DNA from: Penicillus capitatus
Lineage: Eukaryota > Plantae > Chlorophyta
Assembly (NCBI GenBank): GCA_965649825.1
Contig: OZ287695.1
Coordinates: forward strand, 1,663,288-1,727,287
Length of the DNA: 64,000 nt
Direction of reading: 5' to 3'
Part shown: piece by piece, positions 1-11,900 of the stretch
Numbering within the stretch: the first letter of the stretch is position 1
Layout of the letters: every line of letters begins with the position of its first letter
The notes under the pieces: generated by a model
The model's database searches: none
What the model was told of the DNA's origin: nothing
The model's input: the letters and a program-made list of their open reading frames with translations, nothing else
Position numbers and translations under genes: made by a program

Positions 1-1097
1 AAAACAAGTTCGGCGGAGAACCTTGCCAGATTATCATGGTCATTATGCCGGACTTCGCTGAAAGGGAAGGAAGAAGCATTGTCACGACCGAGGATCTCTA
101 CACAGAAGTCAAAGTGGCTTCTGATCAGCTGGTCGGCATTCCTTCCCAGTGCATCCGAACAACCAATGCAGGACTCGAAGGCAGAGCTGCCGACCACAAT
201 CGCCGTGCGTATGTTGCTAACCTGACGCTGAAGATCAATGCAAAACTCGGAGGCATCAACACGACTCTCTACAATCTGCAGGGCCAACAGCACCGCACAT
301 GCTCCTTCCCTTTGCTGGGAGACAGACCTTTCATGGTTCTGGGCGCCGACTTGACGCATCCACCACCCAGCAGCGAAGACAAGCGATCGGTGGTCGGTGT
401 CGTGGCCTCGATGGATCGAACGCTGTCCCACTATGCCTGTCGGACGCAGTTCCAGGAATGCACGGACACCGGCCGAGAGGTCATCCGAGATCTCAAGAAG
501 ACAGTCAAGGAACTGCTGAAGGCGTACTACGTCAAGAACAACGGAGTCAAACCCGAGGCGATCCTCTTCTACCGAGACGGCGTCTCCCAGGGCGAATTCC
601 CGAAGGTCGTCGAGCACGAGTACGAGGCCATCCGAGCCGCCTGTGCCGAGATGGGAGACCCGTCTGCCGAGTACTGTCCACCCATCTCCTTCATCATTGT
701 CTCCAAGCGTCACGGCATGAGATTCTTTCCCAGCAATTCAGCCGACGCCGACAGATCCGGTAACGTCTGTCCCGGTCTGGTGGTGGATTCCCATGTCTGT
801 CATCCACATGGCTTCGACTTCTATCTCGTCAGCCACACCGGAATCCAAGGCACTTCCAGACCGACGATGTACTCAGTTCTTATCGACCAGGTCGGTTTCA
901 AGCCAGACGATCTACAGTTGCTCACATACTGGATGTGCCATCTTTTCTGCCGCTGCACACGAAGCGTGTCGTACTGCCCGCCAGCATACTATGCGCATCA
1001 TGCAGCAGCCCGTGGAAAACTTCTCTGGACAAACAAATCTCGTAACACGGAGAATGCCGTACACCCTAACTTGGAAGACACTCTCTTCTTTGCGTAA
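1..1097 (+). CDS. AGO: Argonaute, C-terminal MID/PIWI part (5' end lies outside the window)
   Basis: Frame is open from the window start. PIWI motifs GADLTHP, GREVI, FYRDGVSQGEF, HTGIQGTSRP, CPPAYYAH; ends LFFA* as Argonautes typically do. DEDH tetrad intact. Confidence 0.97.
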   Translation, partial: NKFGGEPCQIIMVIMPDFAEREGRSIVTTEDLYTEVKVASDQLVGIPSQCIRTTNAGLEGRAADHNRRAYVANLTLKINAKLGGINTTLYNLQGQQHRTCSFPLLGDRPFMVLGADLTHPPPSSEDKRSVVGVVASMDRTLSHYACRTQFQECTDTGREVIRDLKKTVKELLKAYYVKNNGVKPEAILFYRDGVSQGEFPKVVEHEYEAIRAACAEMGDPSAEYCPPISFIIVSKRHGMRFFPSNSADADRSGNVCPGLVVDSHVCHPHGFDFYLVSHTGIQGTSRPTMYSVLIDQVGFKPDDLQLLTYWMCHLFCRCTRSVSYCPPAYYAHHAAARGKLLWTNKSRNTENAVHPNLEDTLFFA

Positions 1098-1916
1098 CTT
1101 TTGCTCGGTTGCTTCTAGACAATGGATGCAAAACGTAACGTTGCCTATTTTGCCACGCATTGTTTGTCCCAAATTTTGGATTAGACTTTGCATTCTTTTT
1201 CGTTTACAGTAATCACCTGATATGTTCAGGTCATGCAGAAACAGAGGGCAGTTTGGTAATGCATGAGGAGTTTGGTATCTATCCCTACCACTGTTATGTC
1301 CCCTTTCAAATTCTGTCTCCGAAGCAAATGCAGTACTCTACTTGCAGATGAACGCATTGCTCATTATCGTAGTAACTATTGAAGACGTATACGATGTAAG
1401 CTATCTTGGTCGTCACGAGGCCGACCTGCAGAGCTAAGATGCGTCCCTTGATGCACACGTTCCGCAATCGAAGATCTGTAAACGCCCCCTCTTGTCTGAA
1501 TCTTCAGATTTATCATCGGTACGACATTTTTTGTGTGACCTCGAGTGAGGCACTCCGATCGTCATCGTGGCCAATTGGGTCAAAGATCCGACAACCATCG
1601 ACGATGGTTTACCAAGAATTATTGCTCAACGCTTTACAAATAGGATGAGTGAGGACACATGAACACAAGAGAAATGATAGCATCGTGCACACTTTTCTGT
1701 GTTTGTATCGCATTCGAGATCATCTTTCAAAGGTTGTTCACAGAAAAGATAAGGGCAGTGCTGTTGCGATGGACAGGTCGACGGATGCTGATAGCACCTT
1801 CGGTTAGTGAACCGCTTTTCTCTTTAGCTTCTCCCAAACATGACGCATAGACATTACACCTATACGTCGTTTCCATGCCGGGAAGCGGAAGCGTGTCATT
1901 TTTCGCGAGCACCTCT

Positions 1917-3351
1917 TCATTCTCTGAGCGCCAGCTTCGCAGCAATCGGAATGTGATTCGAGGGCGCCATTGCATTGGGCATTGGTCGAAGCTTGACATG
2001 CCGTGGCAGTACAACAGGATCTGCTGTGTACGGCAGCTGCAGCGTCGACACCACATCAATGGTCCTGGGCGTGTAGAAGATATAATCTGAGACATCCCGA
2101 TACACTGGTGTGCATTTCGTCACGTGAGGCTCCAATCCACGCGCTCTGAAATAAGCACTTTCAAAGCGGAACGTCGAAGTGTTGAACTGCAGGCTCTTAA
2201 TACTGTTAGCCTGAATCGTGCCATTATGGTTGCGCACGTAGGGATGGTGCACATGCGTGTTTTCTAGTGTCCCCGATGTCAACAAACTGTAGATGCCACT
2301 GACGATGGAGCGATCCTCTACCCACTAGATATGACCATCTTACAGAAACGGAGAGAATGTGAACGCGATCGCACTTTGTCGTTTATATCGGTTGTCCATT
2401 TCTTCCAGTAAGAGGCAAAGTCGCCCAACACCACAGCTGGAGTTTCTCGCGGTCGAGATTGGCGTTTAAGGACGCTGTACATCGTCTCACATAAAACATG
2501 TATCTGGGCAACGCGTGCATCTGGCCAAGATTCATGTTCATAGAGATCCACGCCGCCAACCAGCACTTCCTTTTTGGAAGGGACATGGTGTAGCAAAGCC
2601 AGGGCAAATCCATCTCTCAGGCTGCGCAGACGTCGAAAGAACATCCCTACACAAAGAACCCTTTCCCACCGGAAGGCTGTGCTTAAGGGAAGTGGCTTAC
2701 CCTGTCCAGCAATCTCAAGATAATCGCGGAATGGGGCACAGACGGAAAACACGCGAACGAAAGAAGATCTCTTGTACATGAGGGCCACACCCTCTTCGAA
2801 GCCTTCCTCGACTTGAGGCTTTTTACAGAAATAAACGCCTTCGTAGCCGTTTTCGAGAAACCAAGGTTCGAGATCCTCTTCGAATATCACTCTCTCGACT
2901 TCTTGCAAACACAAGAGATCAGCATCCAGTCGTGCAATCTCACTCAAAATCCTCGTTCGTCGAGAAGACCATTTAACCACCTCTTTTGGGCAAAACCCAA
3001 CCTCGCTGCATGCACCCCATCACACACGACTGCTTTGATGAGAGAAGAGATGGCCTCAGACCCTTAGTTAACGTGTCATGGCGTCATGGAGTGTATCCGC
3101 GGACGTGTTGGTCATCATCGGCGCTAGAAAAGAGTGACTTACTGATGCGATGCGTAACAAGGCGCAAGGATATTGTATGTTGCCGCTTTGAACTGATGTT
3201 GTGGGGTGATCTGAAACCGCGATCGAAAATCCTTAACTGTTGGCGGCTCGTAGGGATCGACGACCTCGACGAGGGACTGCGACGCAAGCGCCCGCAACGT
3301 AGGCAACTGTCGTTGTAATAGAAGACCGGCGAGAGATCGGCCGGAAATCAT
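1917..3351 (-). CDS. CCR4/nocturin/PDE12-like EEP-family protein with a putative organellar transit peptide; multi-exon
   Basis: Motifs YNILAP (exon 1), LCLQEV, EGVALMYK, GDFAS, DYIFY, PSNH. N-terminus MISGRSLAGLLLQRQLPTLRAL is presequence-like. Intron ~3142-3006 joins YASH to HEVGFCPKEVVKW. Confidence 0.85.
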
Positions 3352-3364
3352 GATACCCTCTCCG

Positions 3365-4895
3365 TCAACACACCAAATTTGTAATAATGACGGAATGGGC
3401 AGGTCCTCGACACATGGGACACTGTCTGAGCTTTGTCATCTCCCAATGACGCTCCAGACATTCACCACAGTACACGAAATGCGAACATGGGAGAATGAAT
3501 GAGTTTCGGCGGCGTACCATGCAAATCTGACAGAGGGCTGTGCTTTCGTAGAGCCTCTGATACTTCTCTCTTTCTTTTCGCTGGCGCTCTGTCTCTGTCC
3601 TGAGCAACTCTAGTTCCAACTCCAGTTCAGAAATTCGTTCGCGACAGGCCATGAGTTGAGGAGCCTCTTCTAGTTGGTGGTGATGTGACTGAAGGGCAGA
3701 GGGTGGCGGCGGATGTGCATCGGCCAGAGTTGGCAGAACATCGCCAGGAGAATGCTGAGGCTCTGCATCGAAGTAGCTGTCAGGAGTAAGAACATCATGA
3801 CGGTCATTGATGCGACAGATGGGTCCTTGACTGAGTGGAGATGAGGCAGTCTGAGACACGGCGCTCATGGGTCTCTGAAAATCGACACCTCTCTTGGACG
3901 GAGGTTTGGCTCGAGCGGGAGCGGGGCTGCGAACAGGCGCTGCTCCTCGTGTCGCAGCTGGGCGGGGTTCCGGTGGCTCTTCACGCGAAGCGATGAGCTG
4001 CTGATGCCGTTTCGGAACGGAGGTGTGCAGATAGAGGGACCCTGAGGGAATGAAAGCCCGTCCAAAATTGCGACCCGAAGCCAAAGCAATGACAGGTGTG
4101 GCCATCACAGGATCCTCGAAGCCTGGTGTTGTCTGCCAGTAACGACAGTAGCAACAGTTCTCGAATGTGTTCGGTCCATAATGTACCCAGCCTTGTTGGA
4201 AGGGCATATCTCTCTCGAGAACCTCACTAGTCATCTGCGTATTCTTGCCTCTTCGAAAAAAGACGCGATCCATGTTCTCGGGTCCAAAGGCTGGTCCCAC
4301 AATAGGTTCGCGTGTGCAGGGGACTACAACAGAACGCAGCATCCCGTTTCGTAGACGATCGTTCGTCGTGCGGCACACCTTTTCTCTTGGCTTCGTTGGT
4401 GCCTGTCTTCTGGGTCGTCTCCTCCAATCGACACTCTCCCTTTTCTTCTCGTTCTTTTGGCGGCCTCTCCAACGTTTCTCGCTTCTTTTGCCCACGTTTT
4501 TGTGACGTCTTTCTATTAAGATGTTTCTGTGCGTCGTATTTAAGAGTGATGTGACAGGACAGGGTAAGATACCATTCTGCTCTGGCATTTCAATCGATGT
4601 CCCTTGTTCCGCGCAACCAACATCTGGCAAGCTCTGGTCAGAATTCGTTTGGGACACTGCCAGATGTCAGCAAACGGCAATGCAGAGGCATCGCCTATAA
4701 TCACATCTCTCTCGACACAGCTGCGTCAGGGTCGGCATATGTTCATTAGGGTTCGCATGTCAGACGTCGCCGTGCGCATCGCCGCCGCAACTCACTTTCT
4801 TTCGAGGTCTCTTCGGTATGGGGCAGTTCATCCCATTCGACACTCGTCGATTGCAGTTTCGGTGGGACGACATCGGTCGTCGAATCGGATGCCAT
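3365..4895 (-). CDS. C-terminal RING-HC (C3HC4, IAP/MGRN-like) E3 ligase preceded by a coiled coil
   Basis: CQIC..LPCSH..CGEC..CPMC at the C-terminus of ORF 3365-4657. That ORF begins at GTG; a likely first exon starts at ATG 4895 (inferred). Confidence 0.8.
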
Positions 4896-5054
4896 TTCGC
4901 AATCGCGACGACGCCACTTCAAACGAAATGACGAAACGCAATCATCGATTCGTCGATCTCTTGACATGATCACCATCCAAACCAGACACGTTCACCTCCT
5001 TCTCGGCGCATACCAGGCAAAGGACCGTCATTTAGGTCGTCTGGCACAATTGCC

Positions 5055-5593
5055 GTGCAAAGGAGAGATGGACGGCGGTCCACTGCTCGAAGGGATTCGA
5101 TCCTAACCCGAAACCGCCGCCCAAAAAACCGAAAGTGCTCTCCTCGATCGCATGGCCTCGTGCAGTACCGTCGTGCACAGAGTACGGCAAAAATGAACTT
5201 CGTTGAAGATACCAATGACGTTCGAGACGTTCGAGAGCCGAAAGGTTTTCAACAAGAAGTGCCATCCTACGTCACCAACCGCATGTTACGCCGAATCGCT
5301 ATCTTCAGTGGCGTTCCCGTTTTCCTCGGCATCTGTCTCCTCCCAGTCTTCTACTATCTCCAAGTCATTACCTGCATCGCCATTCCTCTCTGCAACGCAG
5401 GCATCCGTTCCAGGTGGCGAAAGATTTCAGTGTGCCGACGGTGCTTGTCTATTTCTGTCAGTTCCTTACATTTGGAGGCGGCGTGTTTGGCATCAGCTAC
5501 GCCATTTTCTCTACCAGTCCCGGCAGTCAAGAGGATTTTATTGGATTCGAGACATTCAAAGCCAATATCAAAAATCTCTTGGGCCGTCGGTAA
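5055..5593 (+). CDS. PAM68: PAM68 (DUF3464) thylakoid PSII assembly factor; start uncertain
   Basis: VPSYVTNRMLRRIAIFSGVP; a 50-nt intron (5364-5413) restores VAKDFSVPTVLVYFCQFLTFGGGVFGISYAIFST; stop TAA 5591-5593. Confidence 0.85.
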
Positions 5594-5609
5594 ATGCCCA
5601 TACACGCCT

Positions 5610-5876
5610 TTATCTCTTCTTTTTCTTCGGGGCCATCACCGGAGGGGTTTGCAGAATTTTGAGTCTGGATCCTTCATGAGCCACCATGGCCCGTGTCTTC
5701 TCTTCTGTCTTTTGTCCGACCATTTTGTGCACCGCCGTCTCTAATGCCAGCTGCTTCTGCGCCGCCTTCCGTTTAGGCGCCTTCACCACACGTCCTTTCT
5801 TTGTCTTGAGCGCTTTCGTCCGTCTCTGCGTTTTCTGTCCCTCGATCGGGCGTTTCTTGAAACTCCCTTGCGGCAT
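5610..5876 (-). CDS. UPF0390/DUF2462 (Leydig cell tumor 10 kDa protein-like) small basic protein, 88 aa
   Basis: MPQGSFKK...KKGRVVKAPKRK...LETAVHK pattern typical of the family; single exon. Confidence 0.75.
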   Translation of the reverse strand: MPQGSFKKRPIEGQKTQRRTKALKTKKGRVVKAPKRKAAQKQLALETAVHKMVGQKTEEKTRAMVAHEGSRLKILQTPPVMAPKKKKR

Positions 5877-5969
5877 CGCAGCGCTGAGAATGTGAAAAGA
5901 CGTGTGGGACCGGGACCCATCACTTCTGCGTCTGTTTGTCGAGTTCACCCATCGACGTCATCAGCCATC

Positions 5970-8900
5970 ATGCTTCGCGTGAACAAACACGTCCTCGGCA
6001 TCGCACAGCCTCGTCCCCTTGCGTCGCGCATCTTCCATCGACGCGTCGTGCGCCGTGGCGTCCATGGCGAGCAACGCATGCGTGTGTCGCCCTATCGTCG
6101 GCCAGTCGTGGCTGTCCACATCGGACGACGTGCCTTCTCTTCTGTCCAGTCCACAAATGCGCTACGCAACGTCGAATGCCACGCTCACAGCGACGTCCCT
6201 CCGGCGAAAGGCCTCTTCGATCCGAAGAACGACAGAGATGCATGCGGTGTTGGATTTATTGGCGAATTGTCCAAAAGACCGACGCGACGGTGCGTGGACG
6301 ATGCATTGGAGATGCTTCGTCGCATGACGCATCGCGGCGCTTGTGGATGCGAGGAGAATTCGGGTAGGGTTGCCACAAGACACATCCTGTCCCCTGAGCA
6401 TACCACGAACGATTCTCTGCTGTAGGCGACGGTGCCGGGATCTTGTGCTCCATTCCACATGATTTCTTCGCGGATGCGCTTAAGACGCAATACGACGTGG
6501 CCTTACCTTCAAATGGCGACTACAGTGTCGCGATGGTCTTCTTCCCAAAAGATCCTGAACTGCGCGAGAAATGTCGCAGAATTTTCGAGAACATTGCCGT
6601 CCTGCGTCATCACACGACACTCGCTTGGCGGAAAGTTCCTGTCAACGATTACAATTTGGGAAATGCGGCTCTCCGAACAGAGCCAGTTGTTGAACAGTGG
6701 TTTGTAAAGCCGAATGCTAACAGTACCTTGCATGTAGAAGTAGAGGTGCGATTGAAAAGTGTGAGATTTCTGTGCAAAAGAGTGAGAAATGTCTGTAGAT
6801 GTTCGTCGTGCGTCGTTTGATCGAAGTGGCATTGAAGGAAGAAGGAATTGATGACAATGAATGTTACATTTGCTCACTATCATCCAAAACAATTGTGTAC
6901 AAAGGGCAACTCACTCCTGCTCAAGTACGCGCCGCCCAAGAATGGCAGAGGGTGTATGTGACCGGGTGCTATGTTGCTGCAGTTGTCTTCTTATTATGAG
7001 GATTTGAATCATTCGCTCTTCAAGTGTTATGTGGCAATCATGCATCAACGATTTTCGACCAACACATTTCCAAGCTGGAACAGATCTCAGCCAATGAGAA
7101 TGTTGGCGCACAATGGAGAGATTAACACACTTAGGGGCAACAAGAATTGGATGCTGGCAAGAGAAGGCTGTATTGCAGCGGAGGCTCTTGGACTCTCGAT
7201 GAAGAATCTCGAGCGCATTTTGCCCTTTATTCCACCAGAGAGCTCAGATTCTGGAAGCTTTGACGCTGTGCTAGAGGTCATGACACGAAGTGGAGGCCGA
7301 GATGCAGCAGAGGTCATGATGATGATGATTCCTGAAGCCTGGCAGAACGACAGACTCATGCCTCAAGTCTCAGCCTCTCCTCTCTCCTTGCGTGTCATTT
7401 TGCTGTTCTTTAGCTCAAGAAAGATTTCTACAAGTATCACAGTGCGATCATGGAGGCATGGGACGGTCCAGCCTTGGTGACCTTTACCGACGGTCGCTAT
7501 ATCGGTGCCACATTGGATCGCAATGGATTGAGACCAGGGAGATACTATCTCACGAAGAATGGTCGCGTCATTATGGGCAGCGAAGTTGGCGTGGTCGATG
7601 TTCCACCAAAAGACGTGCTTTACAAGGGCCGTCTGAAACCGGGGAACATCTTCTTGGTGGATTTTGACGAGCACCGTGTGGTGGACGACAGCGAAGTCAA
7701 ACTCAAATACGCCAAGAAGCATCCGTATGGCGATTGGCTGAGACAGCAGGCGTTTTCCATGAGCGATGTGAAGAAGAGCATGGCTGGAGGGATGCATAAA
7801 GCATCCCCATCCGAAAACAATGGATCAACGATGAATGGTGTGCCTTCTGACAACGATGAGACGCGCGGGCCGTCTTTCGAAGAGTTATTGCCAAAGCTCA
7901 GGACGTTTGGATTCACACGAGAGTCTTTGGATATGCTGATGATTCCGATGGCACTCAAGGGCGCCGAACCCTTAGGCAGTATGGGCAACGATGCGGCATT
8001 GGCATGCATGTCCGATCGACCGAAGCTCCTTTCCGAGTACTTTAGGGAACTCTTCGCGCAAGTGAGAATCGTCAAAGTGTGACCATGATATTTGAAAGAG
8101 TGATAGGTGACGAATCCTGCCATCGATCCTTTTCGCGAGTCCATTGTGACGTCATCCAGATGTTTCATCGGTCCAGAACTGGATCTCACGACTGTGACGG
8201 CCAGACATGCGCATCGTCTGGATCTCCCTTACCCACTGCTGTCCATCGAAGAAATGGAATGCATTAAACGTATGAGCTTTGGAGGGTGGAAGACGAAGGT
8301 CAGAACCTCTAATGCTCGAAACGCACAACATTCCTGAAAAACGGTGTCTAGGTTATTGATACGACGTTTCCAGTTAATGGAGGAGAGACAGCACTGGAGG
8401 ATGCACTGAATCGAGTGGGCAACGAATCGCTGCAGGCCGTGGATGATGGATATCAACTGATTGTCTACTCAGATAGAGGCATCAACGCAGAGAGGGCTCC
8501 AATCAGTCCAATGCTTGTGATTGGACGCGGACATCAAGTTCTTGTGCACGCCAGAAAACGAACTAAAATCGGTAGATTCGTCGAGATTCCGTACGATGCT
8601 GGCAGACGTGGATGGTGACCAGGATTGCTGTGTGAGAGTGGCGAGACAAGAGAAGTCCATCAGTTCTGCACCCTATTGGGATACGGTGTTGATGCGATCT
8701 GTCCATACATCGCGATCGAAACACTCAATGCCCTCCACGTACATTTCCTGAGACTCGAACCTCGCCCTCTTATCGTTGGTGCGTTTAGGACGAAGGCAAG
8801 ATCTCAGATCAGATATCCAAGGAAGATATCTTCCTCCGTTACCGCCAAGCCATTGGAACAGGCGTGCTCAAAGTGATGGCCAAGATGGGCATTAGTACCT

Positions 8901-11900
8901 TGCAGAGTTACAAGGGCGCACAGATCTTTGAGATTTTGGGATTATCGGATGCTCTTGTCGAGTTCTGCTTCAGCAACACGCCCAGTCGAATTGGAGGAAT
9001 CGATCTCGATACATTGCAACGGGATGCTCTCTATCTACACAGTCTGGGATTCAGCAAAGTGCCGATGCCAGAAGACAGTGCCGAAGCACGATCTGTTCCA
9101 GACACGGGAGACTATCACTATCGCGAAGTGGGCAAGTCAGAGGAACACATGAACAACCCCGTTGCCATTCATCTCCTCCAGAAGGCAACACAAACAGATA
9201 GCTATGAAACATACAAGGAGTTTTCCAAACTCAATGGGGAGCTGTCTAAGAAATGCACGCTGAGAGGACTGCTCAAATTCAAAGAGTCGTCCAGTCCAGT
9301 GGCGTTGGAAGAGGTCGAACCTGCCAAAGAAATCGTCAAGCGTTTCTGCACTGGAGCCATGAGCTACGGGTCCATTTCTCTGGAAGCGCATACCACATTG
9401 GCTTTGGCGATGAATACGATCGGCGGTAAGAGCAATAGTGGAGAAGGGGGCGAGAATCCCAAAAGAATGGCTCCTCTCAAAGACGGATCGGAGAACCCGT
9501 TGAAGTCTGCCATCAAACAGGTCGCTTCCGGAAGATTCGGTGTCAATGCCTTCTACTTGACGGGCGCTAAGGAACTGCAGATCAAAATCTCGCAGGGGGC
9601 AAAACCTGGAGAGGGAGGGGAATTGCCTGGGCATAAGGTTCAGGGTGACATTGCCAAAACACGTCATTCCACGCCAGGTGTCGGTTTGATCTCGCCGCCT
9701 CCACATCACGATATCTACTCCATTGAAGATCTGGCTCAGTTGATCTATGACTTGAAATCTTCCAATCCCGCTGCCAGGATCAGTGTGAAACTCGTGAGTG
9801 AGAATGGAATTGGCATCGTGGCATCGGGTGTTGTGAAAGGCCACGCAGATCACGTCCTCGTTTCGGGGCACGATGGAGGAACAGGCGCCGCCAAGTGGAG
9901 CAGCATCAAGCATGCCGGCCTTCCTTGGGAATTGGGTTTGGCTGAAGTACAGCAGACGCTTGTTGCAAATGACCTGCGCAGTCGTACAGTCCTTCAAGTG
10001 GACGGGCAGATCCGAACAGGCAGAGATGTCGTGATCGGTGCCCTCTTGGGTGCCGAGGAGTATGGCTTCTCTACGGCTCCTCTGATCACGATGGGATGCA
10101 TCATGATGCGAAAATGCCACACGAATACCTGTCCCGTCGGCATTGCCACTCAAGATCCAGTTCTCCGCAACAAGTTTACAGGGGAACCTGAACATGTGAT
10201 CAACTACTTCTTCATGGTGGCAGAAGAAGTCCGCGAGTACATGGCGCAGTTGGGCTTCAGAACAATGGATGAGATGATTGGACGTGCCGATTGCTTGGAA
10301 CCTAACAGAGAGTTGATGGACAGTCATCCAAAACTCAAAGGCATTGATCTGTCCAAAGTCATCATGCCGTCTTCCGAACTGCGCCCTGGAGCAGGCCAGC
10401 GTTTCTCACTCTTGCAGGAACACGGTCTTGAATCCTCCCTGGATCCGCATCTTCTCCAGGCGAGTCGCCCGGCCTTGGAAGAGATCAAGAAAGGATCGGT
10501 GCAGCCGATTGATCTGGAATCAAAGATCTGCAACGCCCATCGATGCACAGGGACTACATTGAGCCATGAGATCACGAAGATGTTTGGCGCCAAAGGTCTT
10601 CCGGACGACACCGTTCGTGTGTTCCTTTCGGGGCATGCCGGGCAGAGCTTTGGCGCCTGGGTATGCCACGGCGTGACACTTGAGTTGGAAGGTGATGCGA
10701 ATGACTACGTGGCTAAGGGACTCTCTGGAGGTCGTATCATTGTCTATCCTCCTAAAGATGCAGATTTCCTGGCGCACAGAAACATCATTATCGGCAACGT
10801 GGCTCTGTATGGTGCTATCAATGGAGAGGCTTTCTTCTCGGGGATAGCGGCAGAACGCTTCTGTGTGCGGAACAGTGGAGCCAACGCTGTCGTGGAAGGC
10901 GTTGGAGATCATTGCTGTGAATATATGACTGGCGGCATCGCCGTCATTCTGGGAGAAACTGGCAAGAATTTTGGCGCTGGTATGTCTGGCGGTATTGCTT
11001 ATGTCTACGATCCCATGCGCAAATTCCTCTCTCTTTGCAACGATGATATCGTTGGAGACATTGTCGAAGTGACTTCTGAGGAGGACGAGGCACAGCTCAT
11101 GTCTTTGATCCGCAATCATGCAAAGTACACTGGCAGTCCTAGAGCTCGTGAGATTTTGAAGAGTTGGGATCAAGAGAAGATCAATTTCAAAAAGGTCTTC
11201 CCCCACGATTACCGCCGTGCATTGGAGGAATCCAAAGAGATTCAGAAAGCAAAGGAAGTGGAGAAAATGATGATCGAAGCGGCCGGACTGGAGGAGACCG
11301 ATGCCTTCGAAGAGCTGAAGCAGATTGCCGCACATGCCACCATCGAGCACCCACCACCTCCGCTTTCCCTCGAGAGAGTCTCCGAATCTCCCGAAGTCGA
11401 CAAGAGACGACTGCTCTTGGACGCTGAGCTGGGCAATCCTGTTAGAGGACGATCGCCGACATGGGACGAAGGTCGGCCGACAGTCATGAAGAAGGGCGAA
11501 GCAGACAAGCACGGAGGATTCATGCATTATGAGCGACAACCCTTGCCGTACCGACCAGAAGAGGAGCGCATGCAAGACTGGAAGGAAGTGGTGGCAGATA
11601 TGACCTCCGAGAGTCGTGAGGATCTGTTGCATACACAGGCTGCACGGTGTATGGGTTGTGGCACACCGTTCTGTCATCAATCCCATTCTGGATGTCCTTT
11701 GGGAAACAAGATTCCCGAATGGAACGATTTGGTCCACAAAGGCCGTTGGCGCGATGCCTTTGATCGACTGCTGGAGACAAACAATTTTCCTGAATTCACT
11801 GGACGTGTCTGTCCTGCCCCGTGTGAAGGCGCTTGTGTTTTGGGCATTAATCAGAACCCAGTCAGCATCAAGACGATAGAACTGAGCATCATCGACAAAG

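Noticed and set aside
1220-1660. Fragments resembling a small GTPase (NALLIIVV, TPIVIVANW)
   Set aside because: No P-loop or DxxG, pieces are in different frames with stops; most likely the AGO and CCR4-like 3'UTRs.
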